64,000 bases of DNA from assembly GCA_026401075.1 (NCBI GenBank), contig JAPLNQ010000266.1, positions 2,972-66,971 of the forward strand. The letters are read 5' to 3'. Under the pieces are notes generated by a model. It was not told the origin of the DNA and did not search any database. It worked only from the letters and a program-made list of their open reading frames with translations. Made by a program: the position numbers and the translations under genes. Source of the stretch: Planctomycetia bacterium. GTDB taxonomy: Bacteria; Planctomycetota; Planctomycetia; Pirellulales; UBA1268. Below, in pieces: positions 56,439 to 64,000 of the stretch (positions are counted from its first letter, which is position 1; each line of letters starts with the position of its first letter).

Positions 56439-57179
56439 ATGGAACTCTGGCCCGCCATTGACCTTCGCGGCGGCAGGTGTGTGCGGCTCCTGCAGGGCGA
56501 CTATGACCGCGAGACCGTGTTTGGTGACGACCCCGTGGAGATGGCCCGCCGGTTCACCTCCGGTGGCGCTCGTCGCCTGCATATCGTCGATCTCGATGGC
56601 GCTAAGGCAGGAACGCCCGTGCAGGCCGAACTCGTGGGCCGGATGGTGGCTGCGGCGGGAGTCCCCTGTCAGCTGGGCGGGGGCATCCGTTCGGTCGAGA
56701 CGGCCCGTGCGTACGTGGCTGCAGGTGTGGATCGCCTCGTCGTGGGCAGTGTGGCGATCGAGAATCCTGACTTGCTCGCGGAACTGGCCCACGCATTTCC
56801 CGGTCGGATCGTGCTGGGGATCGACGCACGGGACGGGAAGGTCGCTGTGCGCGGATGGCTCGAGACCAGTCGGCTCGGTGCCATCGACGTGGCAAAGCGG
56901 CATGAGCAGCTGCCCCTGGCTGGAATTGTCTACACCGACATCGCCAAGGACGGCATGATGTCCGGGCCGAACATTCCCGCCCTTACGGAGATGGTCCGCG
57001 CGGTCCGCCTGCCGGTCATCGCGTCGGGAGGCGTCTCGAATGCGCGTGATATCCGGGAGGCGGCAACGGCCGGAGCCGCCGGCTGCATCGTGGGGAGGGC
57101 GTTGTACGAGGGCAGCCTGACACTGGCCGCAGCGGCCGATGCCGCCGGCGAGCAGGCCGCTTCCGGCGACGGCCGATAG
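56439..57179 (+). CDS. hisA: 1-(5-phosphoribosyl)-5-[(5-phosphoribosylamino)methylideneamino]imidazole-4-carboxamide isomerase
   Basis: ATG at 56439 gives [22 protein letters not shown], followed by [14 protein letters not shown] and ASGGVS. Confidence 0.93.
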   Translation: MELWPAIDLRGGRCVRLLQGDYDRETVFGDDPVEMARRFTSGGARRLHIVDLDGAKAGTPVQAELVGRMVAAAGVPCQLGGGIRSVETARAYVAAGVDRLVVGSVAIENPDLLAELAHAFPGRIVLGIDARDGKVAVRGWLETSRLGAIDVAKRHEQLPLAGIVYTDIAKDGMMSGPNIPALTEMVRAVRLPVIASGGVSNARDIREAATAGAAGCIVGRALYEGSLTLAAAADAAGEQAASGDGR

Positions 57180-57342
57180 CCCTCCTAGTCTGCCGGGCTT
57201 CCCGAGCCTCTCGCTGTCCCATTTTTTTGCGGGAAAAGCGGGAAGAACCTTCAATTCCTTCCGGGGTTCACGTCGACCGCTTTCTGGTCCAGCGTTCGGG
57301 TCAGATTGCCGGGCCCGCCGGCCCTCTCTACCATCGCATTCC

Positions 57343-58344
57343 ATGGCCACCGACAACCGCATCAAGGAACAGCTGCCGGAACTCACCCGGCGTATCGTCG
57401 AGACGTATCACGACGTTCCCACGATCCACTATCTCGGTCACTGCCCGCTGCCGAACTATGAGGCGATCGTATCGGCCTGCGAGGACCTCAAGGAGATCCT
57501 CTATCCCGGCTACCGCCGCCGGGAGAACCTGCACATGGGCAACGTCACCTACCACGTGGGCGACCTCGTGGACGGGCTGCACGACAAGCTCACCACGCAG
57601 ATTGGCCGAGCGCTGCGGCACAGCCTCTCGGCGCAGCGTGCGGCCACCGCACAGGGTGTCGATCCGCCCACGGTGTCCGATGCCGTGCAGCATTGCACCG
57701 AGGAGGGAGATTTCGAGGCACTCGGCCAGGCCAAGGCGGTCGAGTTTTTGGAATGCATCCCCGACCTCCGGAGGATCCTCGCCACCGACGTGCAGGCAGC
57801 CTACGACGGCGATCCCGCCGTGCGCACACTCGACGAGGTGATCTTCTGCTATCCAGGCCTTGAGGCCGTGACGATCCATCGTCTGGCCCACCTCTTGCAC
57901 CGTCTGGAGGTCCCGCTCATTCCTCGCATGATGGCAGAGTGGGCCCACGCGCGGACTGGTATCGACATCCACCCCGGGGCGACGATCGGCGATCATTTCT
58001 TCATCGACCACGGCACGGGCGTCGTGATTGGCGAGACCTGCGAGATTGGCAGTCGTGTGAAGCTCTACCAGGGCGTGACACTCGGCGCGGTCTCGTTCCA
58101 GACCGATGCCGAGGGGCATCTTGTACGGGGCACGAAACGCCATCCGACGATCGAGGATCGCGTGGTCATTTACGCCAACGCCACGGTGCTCGGCGGGGCG
58201 ACGCGGATCGGTCACGACTCGGTGATCGGCAGCAATGTCTGGCTGACTCGGACGGTCGATCCCCACACGACGGTCGTGCTCGAACGTCCCAAGCTCCGGA
58301 TGCGTGGCGAGGCTCCGCAGCCCGAGTCGGACTATCAGATTTGA
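57343..58344 (+). CDS. cysE: serine O-acetyltransferase (long form)
   Basis: ATG at 57343. The left-handed beta-helix hexapeptide region reads [40 protein letters not shown], followed by [16 protein letters not shown]. Confidence 0.85.
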   Translation: MATDNRIKEQLPELTRRIVETYHDVPTIHYLGHCPLPNYEAIVSACEDLKEILYPGYRRRENLHMGNVTYHVGDLVDGLHDKLTTQIGRALRHSLSAQRAATAQGVDPPTVSDAVQHCTEEGDFEALGQAKAVEFLECIPDLRRILATDVQAAYDGDPAVRTLDEVIFCYPGLEAVTIHRLAHLLHRLEVPLIPRMMAEWAHARTGIDIHPGATIGDHFFIDHGTGVVIGETCEIGSRVKLYQGVTLGAVSFQTDAEGHLVRGTKRHPTIEDRVVIYANATVLGGATRIGHDSVIGSNVWLTRTVDPHTTVVLERPKLRMRGEAPQPESDYQI

Positions 58345-58803
58345 TTACCGGCCGCGCTCGGCGATCCGCACGACCTCGCGGGCCGTATTCTCGGCCTGCA
58401 TCTTTGTGGCGATCGCCTCGTCGCCAGTGGCGACCGTGCCTTGGATCTTCTCCAGCTGCTCGCGGGCCTGGGTGAGATCGATTTTCTCGGCGGGCACGGC
58501 CCGCTGGGTGATCACCGTGACGGCATCGTGGCCGACCTCGACGAATCCACCTTCGACAAACACGCGCCGCACGGCATCGGCCGCACCGCCCTGCTCGCCG
58601 GTAATCCGCACCTCGCCAGCCCCAAGGCGGCCAATGAAGGGCGCATGACCACGACCGACGCCGCGTTGGCCGTCGAACAACGGCAGCGTGACGGAGCGTG
58701 CCCGAGTGTCGAGGCTCGTCATTTCGGGCGTGACGATGACACAGCGAACGCCGAAGGCGTCGCCATCTCGCTCCGCTCTCGATCCAGTTGTCTCGGCCAT
58801 CAT
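58345..58803 (-). CDS. atpC: F1 ATP synthase epsilon subunit
   Basis: Part of ORF 58345..58860, with ATGATG at 58803. VTPEMTSLDTRARSVTLPLFDGQRGVGRGHAPFIGRLGAGEVRI is the typical epsilon beta-sandwich. It lies downstream of atpD. Confidence 0.85.
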   Translation of the reverse strand: MMAETTGSRAERDGDAFGVRCVIVTPEMTSLDTRARSVTLPLFDGQRGVGRGHAPFIGRLGAGEVRITGEQGGAADAVRRVFVEGGFVEVGHDAVTVITQRAVPAEKIDLTQAREQLEKIQGTVATGDEAIATKMQAENTAREVVRIAERGR

Positions 58804-58868
58804 GCGTGTTTCCTCAGCCTGTTTCCCGTTTGGTCGCCTGTCCGCGGGCACCAGCCTCAACTCTTGGC

Positions 58869-60407
<1,539 letters not shown>

Positions 60408-60430
60408 CTAGGCTGATCTTTGCCGACGTG

Positions 60431-61348
60431 CTATTTTTTCAACGCCTCGACGCCGCCGAGGATTTCCATGATCTCGCCCGTGATCTGTGACTGCCTCGCC
60501 CGGTTGTAGCGACGTGACAGGTTTTTGATGAGACCGGCGGCATTCTCACTGGCCGCCTTCATGGCGACCATGCGGGCCACCTGCTCGCTCACGGCCGCAT
60601 CCAGAAAGCACTTGAAGAGCCGCGACAGAAAGCTCGCCGGCAGGATTTCCTCGAGGATGCTCTCCGCCGACGGATAAAAGTCGTATTCCTGGGATGCAAG
60701 CTTGGCCTTCGGCGATCCAGAGGTTGTTCCGGCCGTCGACCCGGCAGCCGATGCCCCGGCGATTTCGGGGGCCTTCAGCGGGAGGAGCATCTCCGTGACC
60801 GCTTCCTGTCTGGCAATGCTGTGAAACCGGGTATAGACCACGTCGAGACGATCGATTTTGCCGGCGGCGTAGGCCTCGAGATAGGCTCGGCCTATCGGCA
60901 TCACGGCGTCGAACGCGGGCTTGTCCTCGAACGCGGTATAGCGTTCATCCATGTCGATGCCGCGGAACTTGAGGGCTGAAATCCCACGTTTTCCGGAGAC
61001 GGCCACGTCGGTGTCGACGTGCTCATTCCGCCACTGGCCCAGGATCGCCACGGATTGCCGGACGATGTTGGAGTTGTAGCCGCCGCAGAGGCCGCGATTG
61101 CCCGAGAGCACCAGCACAGCGGACCGTTTTGTCGGCCGGACATCGAGCAGCGGATGGACGACGTCAGCGCCGACGCTGGCGATGTTTTCCAGGATCTTCA
61201 CCAGTTGCTTCGTGTAGTCGCGTGCGGCCACCGACCGGTCCATCGCCTTCTTGAACCGCGCGGTGGCGATCAACTCCATCGTGCGCGTGATCTTGCGGAT
61301 GTTCCGCACGGAACGCCTGCGTCGATCGAGTGCTCTCGCCTTGGCCAT
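60431..61348 (-). CDS. atpG: F1 ATP synthase gamma subunit
   Basis: The N-terminus reads RRSVRNIRKITRTMELIATARFKKA and the C-terminus reads RARQSQITGEIMEILGGVEALK. Confidence 0.93.
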   Translation of the reverse strand: MAKARALDRRRRSVRNIRKITRTMELIATARFKKAMDRSVAARDYTKQLVKILENIASVGADVVHPLLDVRPTKRSAVLVLSGNRGLCGGYNSNIVRQSVAILGQWRNEHVDTDVAVSGKRGISALKFRGIDMDERYTAFEDKPAFDAVMPIGRAYLEAYAAGKIDRLDVVYTRFHSIARQEAVTEMLLPLKAPEIAGASAAGSTAGTTSGSPKAKLASQEYDFYPSAESILEEILPASFLSRLFKCFLDAAVSEQVARMVAMKAASENAAGLIKNLSRRYNRARQSQITGEIMEILGGVEALKK

Positions 61349-61396
61349 GCTTGTAAACCTACAGTCCGGTTCGATTCAGTCTGGTCTGGTTCGCAA

Positions 61397-62953
61397 CTAC
61401 TTCGCCGTGCCGGCCAGCGGCCGGGAGCCGCCTGCCGAGCCTTGCTTGGCGGCCCACTGCCGCTTGAACTCCGCGATCGCCGCCTCCAACTGCCGCTCCG
61501 ATTCGGCATCGAATTCCTTCGACTGTTCGATCTTTGCGCGGAGCTCAGGGACCTGGTCGCGGATGAAGGTCAGGAATTCCTTCTCCCACGCGGCGACATC
61601 CTCGCGTTTGACAGTGTCGAGGTGTCCGCGAGTACCGGTGTAGATGGAGAGCACCTGATCGACCACGTCCATCGGCTGATACTGACCCTGCTTGAGCAGT
61701 TCGACCATCCGGTAGCCGCGATCGAGCCGCGACTGCGTCGCCGCGTCGAGGTCGGTGCCGAGCTGGGCAAACGCCTCCAGTTCGCGGAAGCTCGCCAGGT
61801 CGAGACGCAGGCCGCCGGAGACCTTTTTCATGGCTTTGGTCTGGGCGGCACCACCGACGCGCGACACCGAGATGCCGACGTTCATGGCCGGACGCTGGCC
61901 GGCGAAGAAGAGGTCAGGCTGCAGATAGATCTGGCCGTCGGTGATCGAGATCACGTTGGTGGGGATATAAGCCGAGACCTCGCCCTCGAGCGTTTCGATG
62001 ATCGGCAACGAGGTGAGCGACCCGCCCCCCTTCTCCTTCGACAGCTTCGCCGACCGCTCGAGCAGGCGGCTGTGGGCATAGAACACGTCGCCCGGATACG
62101 CCTCACGCCCCGGCGGACGCCGCATGAGCAGCGACAGCTGGCGATACGCGGTGGCCTGCTTCGAAAGGTCGTCGTAGACGATCAAGGCGTGTTCGCCGTT
62201 GTACATGAAGTATTCGGCCATCGCGGTGCCGGAGTACGGGGCGATGTATTGCAGGGGAGCCGCGGTGCTGGCCCCTGACACGATCACCGTGGTGTAGTCC
62301 ATCGCACCATATTTCCGCAGGATGTCGATGGCGACGGCCACCGACGAATCCTTCTGGCCGACGGCGACGTAAAAGCACTTCACGCCGCTGTTCTTCTGGT
62401 TGATGATCGCGTCGATGCCGATGGCCGTCTTGCCCGTCTTGCGGTCGCCGATGATCAACTCTCGCTGGCCGCGGCCGATCGGAGTCATCGCGTCGATCGC
62501 CTTGATGCCCGTCTGGAGCGGTTCACGGACAGGCTGCCTGTCGGCCACGCCCGGCGCGAGCGTCTCAACAGGACGCCGGTGCTCGGTGACAACCGGTCCC
62601 TTGCCGTCGAGCGGATTGCCGAGCGGGTCGAGCACGCGGCCGATCACAGCCTCGCCGACCGGCACGCTGAGCAGTTTGCCGGTGCTGCGCACCTCGTCGC
62701 CCTCCATCACTTTCAGGTAGTCACCGAGGATGATCACGCCGACGGAGTTTTCCTCGAGATTGAATGCCAATCCCGTGACGCCGCCGGGGAATTCGACCAT
62801 TTCACCGGCCATCACGCCGGAGAGGCCCCACACGCGCGCGATGCCGTCGCCGACCTCGAGCACGCGACCGACCTCGCGAACGTCGATGCCCGACTCGAAC
62901 CGGTCGATCTCCTCACGCAGTACCGAGGCGATCTCGTCCGTATTGAATTTCAT
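61397..62953 (-). CDS. atpA: F1 ATP synthase alpha subunit
   Basis: Motifs are [18 protein letters not shown] (P-loop), [20 protein letters not shown] and [23 protein letters not shown]. Confidence 0.96.
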   Translation of the reverse strand: MKFNTDEIASVLREEIDRFESGIDVREVGRVLEVGDGIARVWGLSGVMAGEMVEFPGGVTGLAFNLEENSVGVIILGDYLKVMEGDEVRSTGKLLSVPVGEAVIGRVLDPLGNPLDGKGPVVTEHRRPVETLAPGVADRQPVREPLQTGIKAIDAMTPIGRGQRELIIGDRKTGKTAIGIDAIINQKNSGVKCFYVAVGQKDSSVAVAIDILRKYGAMDYTTVIVSGASTAAPLQYIAPYSGTAMAEYFMYNGEHALIVYDDLSKQATAYRQLSLLMRRPPGREAYPGDVFYAHSRLLERSAKLSKEKGGGSLTSLPIIETLEGEVSAYIPTNVISITDGQIYLQPDLFFAGQRPAMNVGISVSRVGGAAQTKAMKKVSGGLRLDLASFRELEAFAQLGTDLDAATQSRLDRGYRMVELLKQGQYQPMDVVDQVLSIYTGTRGHLDTVKREDVAAWEKEFLTFIRDQVPELRAKIEQSKEFDAESERQLEAAIAEFKRQWAAKQGSAGGSRPLAGTAK

Positions 62954-63572
62954 GAATGCTCCTCTGCTTCAGCCGTGCCCTGAGCCGCACTAGGCTCGTG
63001 GCAACGGAATGGTCATAGACGGTGTCGGCGATCCGCACGATGAGGCCGCCGATCAGTTCGGGATTGACGATGAAGGTTGGGCTGACGTTCGCCCCAATGG
63101 ACTGTTCGATCGAGGCCACGATCTGGCTCTGCTCGGCCGCGTCGAGCGGCACGGCCGTGGTGAAGGTGGCCTGACGGCGGCCTTCCAATTCGTCGGCCAG
63201 CCTCTCCGCCGCGGCGACCACGTGGGACAGCATGCCCAGCCGTCCATGCCGGGCCAGCACGTGCAGTGCGTGAAGCGTGGTAGGAAGCACGTGGCCTGCG
63301 CAAATCCTGTTGATGACGGCCGACTTCTCCTCGGGGGTCACCTTTGGGGAGTCGAATACAAGACCCGCCTTCGGCACCTTGGGGAGTACGTCACGCACCA
63401 TCGCGCCGAGTTCCGCGATCACCTCGCGGCGGCACTGCTTGCGATCGGCGGCCTCGATGATCGCCTGCGCATAGACCTTCGACAGCCGCTCAACGCCGAT
63501 GTTGGTGGGGCCTGCGCCGGTTGGGCCGGCTGGCTGCTGGTTGTCGTGATGATCATGCTGTGCGGTGGTCAT
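62913..63572 (-). CDS. atpH: F1 ATP synthase delta (OSCP) subunit
   Basis: Its position between atpF and atpA fits. [14 protein letters not shown] and [19 protein letters not shown] are OSCP-like. The 3' end overlaps atpA by 41 nt. Confidence 0.8.
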   Translation of the reverse strand: MTTAQHDHHDNQQPAGPTGAGPTNIGVERLSKVYAQAIIEAADRKQCRREVIAELGAMVRDVLPKVPKAGLVFDSPKVTPEEKSAVINRICAGHVLPTTLHALHVLARHGRLGMLSHVVAAAERLADELEGRRQATFTTAVPLDAAEQSQIVASIEQSIGANVSPTFIVNPELIGGLIVRIADTVYDHSVATSLVRLRARLKQRSIHEIQYGRDRLGTA

Positions 63573-63582
63573 CGGGATGGCC

Positions 63583-64000
63583 TCAGTTCACGCTGGGCTT
63601 CGTGCCGATGCTCGCGACCGAGTCGCGAACGAGTCTGGCATGCTCTTCGCGGCCCAGTTTCTCAAGGAGAAACTTGCCCGCCACCTCGACTGCCAAATCA
63701 CCCGCCCTGTCGGCGATCTGGGCGAGCGCATCATCCTTCGCGAGGCCAATTTCGTGGCGAGCGCGGTTCTTTTCGTCGTCGGCCGCCTTGCGGGCCTCGG
63801 CCACGATTGCCTGCCGGGTCACATCGGCATCGCGGCGGGCCTCTTCCAGCATGCCACGGACCTCGTCGGTGGCCTCCGCCAGCCGACGTTCATACGACGC
63901 CAGCATGCGTTTGGCGTCTTCGTTGGCAGCCTGCGTCGCAGCGATCGTGTCGGCGATCCCCTGCTCCCGCTTGTCGAGTCCGTCCATGATCGGCTTCCAG
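63583..64000 (-). CDS. atpF: Fo ATP synthase subunit b (5' end beyond the right window edge)
   Basis: The frame is open to the window edge (...WKPIMDGLDKREQGIADTI...). The long charged helix is typical of subunit b. It lies upstream of atpH. Confidence 0.8.
   Translation of the reverse strand, partial: WKPIMDGLDKREQGIADTIAATQAANEDAKRMLASYERRLAEATDEVRGMLEEARRDADVTRQAIVAEARKAADDEKNRARHEIGLAKDDALAQIADRAGDLAVEVAGKFLLEKLGREEHARLVRDSVASIGTKPSVN

Overview
This is a 64-kb, strongly GC-rich chromosomal segment with GC3-biased codons and many long antisense shadow ORFs. The gene content (Tat-signal Gfo/Idh/MocA oxidoreductase, DoxX protein, fused aroD-aroE, non-RD Ser/Thr kinase) suggests a Planctomycetota-like genome; this is inference only. 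I support about 50 protein genes, one tRNA-Asp, one tandem glycine riboswitch and several repeat or hairpin elements. I found no CRISPR array, transposase, integrase or phage genes. Most of the window is housekeeping: sodA, gcvP, purC, aroC, aroDE, aroK, rpsO-pnp, mutL, hisH-hisA, cysE and the F1Fo atp operon. The accessory-looking parts are listed below. (1) A complete chemosensory operon (cheW-mcp-cheR-cheA-cheC-cheD-cheY, with cheB divergent) ends in a receiver-adenylate cyclase gene, which is a candidate Che-to-cAMP pathway. (2) An imuA-imuB-dnaE2 mutagenesis cassette lies divergent from a secreted protein with a caspase/legumain-like His/Cys pattern. (3) A heavy-metal RND efflux pair is present. 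(4) Two convergent intergenic regions (about 22.95-23.38 kb and 31.42-31.74 kb) share a mosaic of repeat modules, one of them a long hairpin with compensatory arm substitutions. Three unrelated conserved genes (gcvP, czcA-like, aroDE) each lack a short conserved block and lose their reading frame. This is either an assembly or gap artefact or genuine recent gene inactivation, and I cannot tell which from sequence alone. All family assignments come from motif recognition by eye; no database search was run.
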